64,000 bases of DNA, from the NCBI GenBank assembly GCA_031361075.1, contig JANMCG010000007.1, positions 252-64,251 on the forward strand, read 5' to 3'. Below, in pieces: positions 56,359 to 64,000 of this stretch. The notes under the pieces were generated by a model. It saw only the letters and a program-made list of their open reading frames with translations, did no database searches and had not been told where the DNA came from. This stretch comes from Novosphingobium sp. (GTDB lineage: Bacteria; Pseudomonadota; Alphaproteobacteria; Sphingomonadales; Sphingomonadaceae). Both the position numbers and the translations under genes were made by a program. How positions within the stretch are numbered: the stretch's first letter is position 1; every line of letters starts with the position of its first letter.

Positions 56359-56951
56359 AATCGAGTACCCGCTTCATCGCCGCAATCTGCATGTTGCTGC
56401 TCGCCGCACCGCTGGCAGCGCAGACCCAGATCAACCTGCAAACACAGGTCAAAGGCGCGCTGCCCGTCTCCAATGGCGGGACTGGAGCAACATCAACCAC
56501 TGGTAGCGGCGCCAATGTGCTCGCGACTTCGCCCACGCTGAACTCGCCGTCGATCAGCGGTGGAACGGTCAACAATGCCCCGATCGGCGGCACTACGCCG
56601 GCAGCCGTCACAGGGACCACAGTCAAAGGCAACACCGCAGTCCAGACTGCGGGCTACTTCCAGGGCACCACCCCGACGGTCGTCACGGCGACCAGTTACA
56701 CGGCGCTCGGCACTGATAATTTCGTCCAATATGCCGCGACCGCGACCAGCACGGTTACGCTCGGGACTGCGACCGCAGGCCGCATGCTGTGGATCCGCAA
56801 CAGCACCGCCTTCGCGATCAATTCGGCCGGCTTAAACGTCGTCCCGCTGAACTCGACCACCGCAGCAGCGCCTATTCTTGCCGCCACAGCTGGCAAATGG
56901 GCGCTGCTGGTGGGCAACGGCACCAACTGGGTGATCATGGCCGGCAACTGA
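56355..56951 (+). CDS. fibre-like protein with Sec signal peptide
   Basis: MKSSTRFIAAICMLLLAAPLAA signal; LPVSNGGTG fibre motif; C-terminal ...LVGNGTNWVI domain. Confidence 0.75.
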   Translation: MKSSTRFIAAICMLLLAAPLAAQTQINLQTQVKGALPVSNGGTGATSTTGSGANVLATSPTLNSPSISGGTVNNAPIGGTTPAAVTGTTVKGNTAVQTAGYFQGTTPTVVTATSYTALGTDNFVQYAATATSTVTLGTATAGRMLWIRNSTAFAINSAGLNVVPLNSTTAAAPILAATAGKWALLVGNGTNWVIMAGN

Positions 56952-56956
56952 TTACC

Positions 56957-57085
56957 GCGCCCTAACGGGGGCGGCCGAGGCGTCTCACCGCCTCAAACCA
57001 GCGAGCTCACACTCGCACCTCTGGCTGGCGCGCCAGCCTTCAGTTCCCCCGGCCGTTACGGCGGGACAGTGCTTAGGTGTGAAGA
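56957..57085 (+). promoter_or_regulatory. structured RNA leader upstream of the methylase
   Basis: Three nested hairpins closed by GGGGG/CCCCC; CCTAA/TTAGG pairing covers the RBS. Confidence 0.55.
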
Positions 57086-57892
57086 ATGAAGGATTTCTTG
57101 ATTGCGAGCGAATTGCAGCCGGTTCGACCGACCAGACCGGTTGCCCCTTGGCGCGGCGGCAAGCGAGCGCTGGCGGCTCGCCTGGCTGAGCGGATCGCGG
57201 CCCAGCCGCACGATCGCTACGTCGAGCCTTTCGTAGGCATGGGCGGTGTTTTCTTCCGCCGCCGGCACAGAGCCAAGCTGGAAGTAATAAACGACATCAA
57301 CCGCGATGTGGTGAACCTGTTTCGCCTGCTCCAGCGCCACTATCAGCAGCTGCTCGATGTCCTCAAATGGCAGACCTACAGCCGTTCGGAATTTGATCGA
57401 CTCAAGGCTGCAGATCCGGACACCCTCACCGATCTGGAGCGGGCAGCGCGCTTCCTCTACATGCAGGTCACCAGCTTTGGCGGCATGGGGACCCAATTCG
57501 GCATCGACTATTCCCGGCCGCGCTGGAACCTGACCAAGATCGTTCCGCTGCTCGAGGAGGTCCACGAGCGCCTCGCCGGTGTGCTAATCGAGAGGCTGCC
57601 ATACCAGGATTGCATCAAGCGTTACGATAGCCGCCCGGGCGCGCTGTTCTATTGCGATCCGCCGTACTGGGGATGCACCGACGACTATGGCAAGGACATC
57701 TTCTCACCAGCCGATTTCGACCTTCTGAGAGGCCTCTTAGAGGGCATCCAGGGCCGCTTCATCCTGTCGCTCAACGACACGCCAGAGGTGCGCGAGATAT
57801 TCGGCCAGTTCGATCTGGAGGAAGTGCAGCTCAATTATCGTCTCAGCGGGAAGGTGACACCAGCCAAGGAACTGATTATCAGCGGCCCATGA
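57086..57892 (+). CDS. Dam/D12-class DNA adenine methyltransferase (mom position)
   Basis: PWRGGK, YVEPFVGMGGVF, EVINDIN and DPPYW. Confidence 0.93.
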   Translation: MKDFLIASELQPVRPTRPVAPWRGGKRALAARLAERIAAQPHDRYVEPFVGMGGVFFRRRHRAKLEVINDINRDVVNLFRLLQRHYQQLLDVLKWQTYSRSEFDRLKAADPDTLTDLERAARFLYMQVTSFGGMGTQFGIDYSRPRWNLTKIVPLLEEVHERLAGVLIERLPYQDCIKRYDSRPGALFYCDPPYWGCTDDYGKDIFSPADFDLLRGLLEGIQGRFILSLNDTPEVREIFGQFDLEEVQLNYRLSGKVTPAKELIISGP

Positions 57893-57904
57893 GCGAGCGG
57901 AGTG

Positions 57905-57951
57905 CTACAAAAGGTTGTGTCAAAGACTCTAAATCCTCGCGCCGCGCTACA
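57905..57951 (-). promoter_or_regulatory. attR with putative transposase-binding sites
   Basis: Reverse complement reads TGTAGCGCGGCGCGAGGATTTAGAGTCTTTGACACAAC, sharing motifs with attL. Confidence 0.75.
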
Positions 57952-57956
57952 GCGTG
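57952..57956 (+). repeat. 5-bp target-site duplication GCGTG (right)
   Basis: Identical to 15912-15916. Confidence 0.9.
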
Positions 57957-57973
57957 GAACCGCCACCCCTCGG

Positions 57974-57996
57974 TCCCCTCCCCACCGGGGAGGGGA
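57974..57996. repeat. REP-like palindrome, right copy
   Basis: TCCCCTCCCCACCGGGGAGGGGA. Confidence 0.75.
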
Positions 57997-58055
57997 GGAA
58001 TCGTCACGCTTTGTGCTTGCGCGGGCGGGTGAAACTCGCAATTGCCCGGGGCATT

Positions 58056-59663
58056 ATGAATAACGCCGAACTCATCGCCGCCGCGCAGGTTTCCAAGGCC
58101 TGGCCCTTCGAGGAAGCCCGCAAGCTCATCAAGCGCTTCCCCGGCGGCAAACCCGGCCAAAACGGGCAAGCCGAGGCAGTGGTGTTCGAAACCGGCTATG
58201 GCCCGAGCGGGTTGCCGCATATCGGCACTTTTCAGGAAGTATTGCGCACCACGTTGGTCCGGCGCGCGTACGAAGCGCTGACCGGCGGCGCGCCGACCCG
58301 ATTGATCGCGTTCAGCGATGATATGGACGGCCTGCGCAAGGTGCCTGACAATATCGAGAACCGCGCCGTGCTTGATGCCAACTTGCACAAGCCGCTGACC
58401 CGCATCCCCGATCCGTTCGGCACGCACGAAAGTTTCGCGCATCACAACAACGCGATGCTGCGCCAGTTTCTTGACCGGTTCGGGTTCGATTACGAATTCG
58501 TATCGTCAAGCGACAGGTACAATTCGGGTGCGTTCGATGACGCGCTGAAGAACGTGCTGCGGCGTTACGATGCGATCCAGGCGATCATGCTTCCCACGCT
58601 GCGCGCCGAACGTGCCGCGACCTATTCGCCGGTGCTGCCGATCAGCCCGGCCAGCGGCGCGGTGCTGCAAGTGCCGATCGAAGTGGTCGATGCCGAAGCC
58701 GGGATCGTGCGGTTCGAGGATGCCGGGCAGGTGATCGAGCAATCGATTCTGAGCGGGCAGGCCAAGCTGCAATGGAAGGTCGACTGGGCGATGCGCTGGG
58801 TCGCGCTGGGCGTCGATTACGAAATGTACGGCAAGGATTTGACCGACAGCGGCGTGCAAAGCGGCAAAATCGCGCAAGTGCTGGGCGGGCGCAAGCCCGA
58901 GGGGCTGATCTACGAGCTATTCCTCGATGAGCATGGCGAAAAGATCTCCAAGTCGAAAGGCAACGGGCTGACGATCGATCAGTGGCTGACTTACGGCAGC
59001 GAAGAAAGCCTGGGGTTCTACATCTACCGCGAACCCAAAAGCGCCAAGAGCCTGCACGTCGGGGTGATCCCGCGCGCGGTCGATGAATACTGGCAGTTCC
59101 GCGAAAAGCTGGCCGATCAACCGCTCGAACAGCAACTCGGCAACCCGGTGTGGCATCTGCTGCGCACCAATGGCGATCATGGCGGCGCGGGCGACAAGCT
59201 TCCGGTGACGTACGGCCTGTTGCTCAATCTGGTCGGCGTGCTCGGCGCGGGGGCGACCCGCGATCAGGTCTGGTCGTACCTTGGCAACTACGTCGCCGAC
59301 GCCACTCCGGCGGCGCATCCTGCGCTTGACGGTCTTGTCACCAGTGCGCTGGCGTACAACCGTAACTTCGTGGCGCCGACGCTGGTGCGGCGCGCGCCGC
59401 TGGGCACCGAGCCAGCTGCGCTGTCCGCGCTCGATGCCGCGCTGGCCGGGCAACCCGAAACGGCCAGCGCGGAAGATTTGCAGACCCTGATCTACGAGAT
59501 CGGCAAAAGCCCGGAATTGGGCTTCGAGAACCTGCGCGACTGGTTCAAGGCGCTGTACGAGACGCTGCTCGGATCGTCGGCGGGGCCGCGCATGGGCAGC
59601 TTCATCGCGCTCTACGGGGTGGCGAATACCCGGCGGCTGATCGCCGAGGCGCTGGCCGCCTAG
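58056..59663 (+). CDS. lysS: lysine--tRNA ligase, class I
   Basis: AWPFEEA, ETGYGPSGLPHIGTF, WKVDW, KISKSKGN and GPRMGSF. Confidence 0.96.
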   Translation: MNNAELIAAAQVSKAWPFEEARKLIKRFPGGKPGQNGQAEAVVFETGYGPSGLPHIGTFQEVLRTTLVRRAYEALTGGAPTRLIAFSDDMDGLRKVPDNIENRAVLDANLHKPLTRIPDPFGTHESFAHHNNAMLRQFLDRFGFDYEFVSSSDRYNSGAFDDALKNVLRRYDAIQAIMLPTLRAERAATYSPVLPISPASGAVLQVPIEVVDAEAGIVRFEDAGQVIEQSILSGQAKLQWKVDWAMRWVALGVDYEMYGKDLTDSGVQSGKIAQVLGGRKPEGLIYELFLDEHGEKISKSKGNGLTIDQWLTYGSEESLGFYIYREPKSAKSLHVGVIPRAVDEYWQFREKLADQPLEQQLGNPVWHLLRTNGDHGGAGDKLPVTYGLLLNLVGVLGAGATRDQVWSYLGNYVADATPAAHPALDGLVTSALAYNRNFVAPTLVRRAPLGTEPAALSALDAALAGQPETASAEDLQTLIYEIGKSPELGFENLRDWFKALYETLLGSSAGPRMGSFIALYGVANTRRLIAEALAA

Positions 59664-60805
59664 TCCTCGATGATGTGCGGCACGAACCGAGCGCGGTTGC
59701 CGGTGATCAACCCATCCTCGCGGATACCCAGTCCGGCCGCTTCACCCGCGACGACCCAGCTGCCCAGCACCGGGTAGCCGCGCCCGAACTCGCGCAGCTT
59801 GTACCGGCCTTGATAGACCAGCCCGCTGCGGCTGTAATCGCCGCCAGTCCGCGCGATCACGCGGCCGTTTTCAACCACCTCGATGTTGGCGCCTTCGCGC
59901 GCCAGCACCGGCTTTGAAACATAATCCCCTGGCAATTTGTGCGGATCGAAAAAGGCCGGCAGCAAGTTGGGATGGCCGGGGAACATTTCCCACAGCACCG
60001 CCAGGACCGCCTTGTTGCTCCACAGCATTTTCCACACCGGCTCGAGCCAGACGGTGTCAGCCAGATGCGCGATGATGTCCGTGCCGAATTGCTCGGTGGC
60101 CAGCCATTCCCACGGATAGAGCTTGAACAGCGCGGTGATCAGGTGGTCGTCCTGATCGACGATCCGCCCGCTCGCATCGATCCCGATCTGGTCGATCAAC
60201 AGCCCTTGGGTGGCAAACCCGGCTTCGCTCGCCAGATCGCGCATATAAGTGGTGGTAATCGTATCTTCGTGCGCGACATCGCCAAAATGGGTAAACCACA
60301 TCCGGCCACCGGGCACTTGGCCGCGCAGCACCTGCCAGCGCGCCAGCAATGCCTCGTGCAGGCTGTTGAACTGGTCCGCATCAGGATAGACATCCTGCTT
60401 CCAGCTCCATTGCACCACCGCCGTCTCAAGCATCGACGTCGGCGTGTCGCAATTGAATTCAAACAACTTAAGCGGGCCTTGTCCGGTGTAACCAAAATCG
60501 AACCGGCCATAATCGAGTGCAGGGCCTTGCCGCTGCCACGCTGCGCGCACCGGATCGTGATAGGCCGCCGGAATGCCGCACAGCGTCAGCAACCGCTCAT
60601 CGCCCGCGATTTTCTCTCCAGCGGCGCGGTATAGCGTCTGGACTTCCTCAGTCTGGCGTTCGAACGCTTCGACTTCGGTCATGGTGAAGCTGTAGCAGGC
60701 GCTTTCGTCCCAATAGGCGCCGTCACCGTCGCTATGCCAGATCAGCCCGTCTGCCTCGACCCGGCGTTGCCAATCGGCCCGCGGAACACATGAACTGCGC
60801 CGCAC
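59660..60805 (-). CDS. glutathionylspermidine synthase family ATP-grasp protein
   Basis: YWDESACY, GRFD, EFNCDTPT, KLYPWEW, SNKA and REGAN. Confidence 0.92.
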   Translation of the reverse strand: MRRSSCVPRADWQRRVEADGLIWHSDGDGAYWDESACYSFTMTEVEAFERQTEEVQTLYRAAGEKIAGDERLLTLCGIPAAYHDPVRAAWQRQGPALDYGRFDFGYTGQGPLKLFEFNCDTPTSMLETAVVQWSWKQDVYPDADQFNSLHEALLARWQVLRGQVPGGRMWFTHFGDVAHEDTITTTYMRDLASEAGFATQGLLIDQIGIDASGRIVDQDDHLITALFKLYPWEWLATEQFGTDIIAHLADTVWLEPVWKMLWSNKAVLAVLWEMFPGHPNLLPAFFDPHKLPGDYVSKPVLAREGANIEVVENGRVIARTGGDYSRSGLVYQGRYKLREFGRGYPVLGSWVVAGEAAGLGIREDGLITGNRARFVPHIIED

Positions 60806-60808
60806 CGT

Positions 60809-61240
60809 TCAGGACCGGCCGCCGCCAAAACCGCGCCCGCTCGATCCGAAACCGCCACGCGCTACCGCCGCCGAGCGAGTCATGTTGGCCGCCGGCGGGG
60901 CGCTGGCATAGCTGGTGCCTGCGCTGGGGCGGCTCGATCCGATAAACCGTCCGCTGCCATCGTTTACCGAGTCGCCGATATAGGGCACCCGCGAATTGCG
61001 ACCCATGTAATACCAGTAACCCAGCATTGCGGCGCTGCCCATGCCGCCGCCGCCGCTGCGCTGCGTCGTGCAGCCGGCATCCGCGATCCGTTTGCCGCTT
61101 TGGTCGACACACACCGCAGTGTCGCGTTCAGCCACAACATTGTCGTCCCAATCGTTGCCCGACGAACACCCGGCCAGCGCCGATAGCGTGGCGGCCATTG
61201 CGGTGGTCAGCGCGAGGTTTTTGGTGGCGCGCATCGTCAT
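60809..61240 (-). CDS. lipoprotein with RGGFG tail (DUF1190-like)
   Basis: Lipobox LAG-C; C-terminal RGGFGSSG; usual partner of the Gsp-like gene. Confidence 0.75.
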   Translation of the reverse strand: MTMRATKNLALTTAMAATLSALAGCSSGNDWDDNVVAERDTAVCVDQSGKRIADAGCTTQRSGGGGMGSAAMLGYWYYMGRNSRVPYIGDSVNDGSGRFIGSSRPSAGTSYASAPPAANMTRSAAVARGGFGSSGRGFGGGRS

Positions 61241-61647
61241 GGCACCATGCAAGCGGCTTGCAGCACGCCCACGCCAAGCCCCATGCCGCCCACGAACAAG
61301 CCAGAGGCCACGCAGCCATCTTCGATCCGCCGCGAGATTGCGGTGAACAGCAGCCGCGCGATCGCCAGAAATACCAGCAGTTGCACCAGCGCCGCGACCA
61401 GACCCCATGCCAGCATATCGGGAATGCTGACCGCGTGCGCCACGATCATCGCCAACGGGATGACAAACCCCAGAAAAGTGCCGATCAGCTGCACTGCGGC
61501 GGCGACGTTGCCCGCCTCGATCAGCGCAAATTCGCGGTGCGGTGTGCACACCACGTACAGCGCCAGAAAGCCCACCGACAACGCGATAGCTCCGCCGAAA
61601 TAGGCGAAGAATTGCGGCAGGGTCATCACGAAATATTCGAGCATCAT
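61237..61647 (-). CDS. DUF350 membrane protein
   Basis: TPHREFALIEAGNVAAA; four TMs. Confidence 0.88.
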   Translation of the reverse strand: MMLEYFVMTLPQFFAYFGGAIALSVGFLALYVVCTPHREFALIEAGNVAAAVQLIGTFLGFVIPLAMIVAHAVSIPDMLAWGLVAALVQLLVFLAIARLLFTAISRRIEDGCVASGLFVGGMGLGVGVLQAACMVP

Positions 61648-61711
61648 TGGTTTCTCCGGCGCGGTGGGATGGTGGTCCCACAGTGCCGACAGCTTGGCAA
61701 CTGCATCTGCG

Positions 61712-62572
61712 CTATTGCGCTGCGGCGCGGTGTAATTGCGCTAATGTCTGGCGGGTTTCGGCTGACAAGCCGGGCTGGGCTGAAGCGGCGGCAATGGTCG
61801 TGCTTTGCGCCGCCAGCGCCGCGCTGTAATCTGCTTGTGTCATTTCGCCTGCATCGCGGGCAACCCGCCAACCCAGCGCCATGGTCGTGCTTAGCGCACC
61901 GTGCTGCGCATTTGCTTCAACGTCGCGCAGGGTGGGCAGACCAGCTTGGCTGCCCGCCTTCATTGCTTTCACAATGGCCTTCTTCCAAGGCTGATCGCCC
62001 GCCGCGCGGGCTGCCGCAGCTGCGCGGGCAGAAAGCATCGCCGGGTCAACGATCCGGTCGCGCACGATTGCCAGCGGCGCGCTATCGTCCACCGCACAAG
62101 CAAACCCGGGGGTCGCAACAAACGCATCAAGCGCGCGCGCGGCGCTGGCTTCGGGGCGTGAATAGTGCAACGGAACCGCACGGCATGACAGCGGTCGCCG
62201 CGGGTAAATGCTGCAGCGATTATCCGCCAGCGCGCTGCATGCCCCGATCCCGAGATCAAGCGGCAGCACCGACACGCTGAGGTACTGGACGTAATCAAGC
62301 ACTTTGCTGCCGCGCTGCACTTTGGCATTCCAAGACGCAGCGGCAAACCTGCTGAGCAACCGCTTGGTCTGGTAAAACTCGGCGCTGGCCTGGTCACGCG
62401 GCAGGTCTGCTGCATAATCGGCCAAGCCGCGCGGCAGGCTGTAAATCCGCAGCATCAGCTGGAGCACGAACACATCGGCCAGCGCCGCCGCCTCGCCCAG
62501 TTCGAGTTCGGGCGCGCGGTTGCAGCACTGACCGCAGCTGGTGCAGGCAAAGCGCCGCGCGGCCCCCATCAT
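61712..62572 (-). CDS. YkgJ family cysteine-cluster protein
   Basis: FACTSCGQCC and CSAL...CSIYPRRPLSCR..P. Confidence 0.82.
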   Translation of the reverse strand: MMGAARRFACTSCGQCCNRAPELELGEAAALADVFVLQLMLRIYSLPRGLADYAADLPRDQASAEFYQTKRLLSRFAAASWNAKVQRGSKVLDYVQYLSVSVLPLDLGIGACSALADNRCSIYPRRPLSCRAVPLHYSRPEASAARALDAFVATPGFACAVDDSAPLAIVRDRIVDPAMLSARAAAAARAAGDQPWKKAIVKAMKAGSQAGLPTLRDVEANAQHGALSTTMALGWRVARDAGEMTQADYSAALAAQSTTIAAASAQPGLSAETRQTLAQLHRAAAQ

Positions 62573-64000
62573 GCCTGCTGCGCGGCGATCCACCGGTCGA
62601 GCTTGGCCTCGAGGATCGGCAACGGCAGCGCGCCCGAACCGAGCACTTGATCGTGGAAACCCCGGATGTCGAATTTGGGGCCCAGCGCGGCCTGGGCTTT
62701 GGTTTTGATCCGCTGGATTGTCAGCGCCCCAATCTTGTAGCCCAGCGCTTGCCCTGGCCAGGCGATATAGCGCTCGACCTCGGCGGTCGCGTCGCTGCGC
62801 CCCATGCCCGAATTGGCCAGCATATAGTCGATCGCCGCCTCGCGGCTCCAGCCCTTGGCGTGCAGCCCGGTATCGACCACCAGCCGCATCGCGCGCAGCA
62901 TCTCGTCATCCAGCGTACCCCAGTGCTGCATCGGATCCTTGTAGAATCCCATGTCGTAGCCGAGCGTTTCGGAATAGAGTGCCCAACCTTCGACATAAGC
63001 GTTGTTGCCACCAAACCGCTGGAAATCGGGCAGCGAGGTATCTTCCTGCGCGAGGCTGATCTGGAAGTGATGCCCCGGTGCGCCCTCATGCAGGAACAAC
63101 GTGGTGATCCCGGTCAGAAAGCGGCTGGGCAGGTCATAGGTATTGTAGAAAAACACACCCGGACGGCTGCCATCGGGCGCGCCTTGATTGTAACTCCCGC
63201 CCGCCTCGTACTTTTCGCGGTAAGCCGGGTATGCCTGGATCACCAATTTGCTGCGCGGCACGCGGTTGAAGTAAGTGGGCACTTGCGCCTCGACCTCGCG
63301 CGCCACCTTGGCAAATCCATCCGCCAGCTCTGCCCGGGTCTTTGGGTGAAAGCGCGGGGCGGTGCGGATATAGTCGAAAAACCCGCGCAGTTCGCCCGAA
63401 TATTCAAGCTGCCTGGCCACTGCCGCCATGTCACGCTGGATCCGCGCCACTTCGCTCAACCCCAGTTGATGCACCGCCTCGGGTTCAAGCCGCAATGTGG
63501 TGTGCTGCGCGATCAGCAGGCGGTATAGCCCGGCGCCGCCTTTCATCGCCGACAGCCCGACCGCAGTGCGTGCGGCGGGCAAGTAATCACGCGCCAGGAA
63601 CGCCCGCAACCGGCGATAGGCGGGATAAACCTGCGTGGTAGTTGCCGCGGTGTACTGCGCGAGCAAGCCAGCGCGGCGCGCCTCGGGAATTGCGGCCGGG
63701 AAATCGCGCACCGCCGATGTGAAAGGCGATTGTTCGGGGGGCTGTGCCAGCAACGCATCGATCTGGCCGATCATGTTGGTCACGGTCAGCTTTGATTCGA
63801 CTACTCCGGTTTCGAGGCCTTGCCGAAAGCGCGCGATGGCGTTGTCGAGCACTTGCGGGAAGGCCCCGATCAGTGCCAGATTGCGAGTGTATTCATCCTC
63901 GTTGGTGTACGGCAGCGCGCCGTCCTTGGCGACCAGCGAGGGAAATTCGATGTGCATTCCGCCAAAGTGGTTGAATGGCCGCACCGCGCTGAGCGCCTGC
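62569..64000 (-). CDS. DUF885 family protein (5' end outside window)
   Basis: HEGAPGHHFQ, EGWALYSE, RLVVDTGLH and PGQALGYKIG. Confidence 0.92.
   Translation of the reverse strand, partial: QALSAVRPFNHFGGMHIEFPSLVAKDGALPYTNEDEYTRNLALIGAFPQVLDNAIARFRQGLETGVVESKLTVTNMIGQIDALLAQPPEQSPFTSAVRDFPAAIPEARRAGLLAQYTAATTTQVYPAYRRLRAFLARDYLPAARTAVGLSAMKGGAGLYRLLIAQHTTLRLEPEAVHQLGLSEVARIQRDMAAVARQLEYSGELRGFFDYIRTAPRFHPKTRAELADGFAKVAREVEAQVPTYFNRVPRSKLVIQAYPAYREKYEAGGSYNQGAPDGSRPGVFFYNTYDLPSRFLTGITTLFLHEGAPGHHFQISLAQEDTSLPDFQRFGGNNAYVEGWALYSETLGYDMGFYKDPMQHWGTLDDEMLRAMRLVVDTGLHAKGWSREAAIDYMLANSGMGRSDATAEVERYIAWPGQALGYKIGALTIQRIKTKAQAALGPKFDIRGFHDQVLGSGALPLPILEAKLDRWIAAQQA

Larger units (their letters stand above)
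15917..57951 (+). mobile_element. complete Mu-like transposable prophage with contractile tail, 42,035 bp
   Basis: TG...CA termini, 5-bp duplication, MuA/MuB, GemA, Mor, Mu-type head, tail and baseplate genes in order, terminal methylase. Confidence 0.96.

Noticed and set aside
52579-57085. Diversity-generating retroelement or Gin-type inversion for the fibres
   Set aside because: No reverse transcriptase, template/variable repeat pair, invertase or flanking inverted repeats
59660-61647. DUF350-lipoprotein-Gsp synthase cluster as a novel system
   Set aside because: Known widespread arrangement (yjfL/yjfM/yjfC-like)

Overview
GC-rich alphaproteobacterial chromosome; Sphingomonadales (Novosphingobium-like) is inferred from gene content. 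Host genes occupy 1-15.8 kb (2OG-Fe(II) oxygenase, CI/Cro-like pair, rpmF-plsX-fabH-ihfA, aldehyde dehydrogenase, DinG helicase, purine salvage, gltX) and 58-64 kb (class I lysS, glutathionylspermidine synthase-like locus, DUF885). Between the divergent gltX and lysS lies an apparently complete 42,035-bp Mu-like transposable myoviral prophage (15917-57951). It has TGTA...TACA ends and a 5-bp GCGTG target duplication, and it sits in the apical loop of a REP-doublet palindrome. The most interesting element is a five-gene module (54288-56951) whose shared N-terminal peptide and shared C-terminal domain suggest a chained base/shaft/tip fibre, with a Sec signal peptide on the putative tip subunit. 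Other notable items: an SGNH-esterase spike gene inside the lysis cassette, an Acb2/Tad1-like candidate anti-defence gene between terminase and portal, a late-region Gam, a structured RNA leader before the terminal DNA methylase, a phased CCTCTnAGAGG motif near both ends, and overlapping or nested genes in the early operon. All family assignments come from motif recognition by eye; no searches were run.
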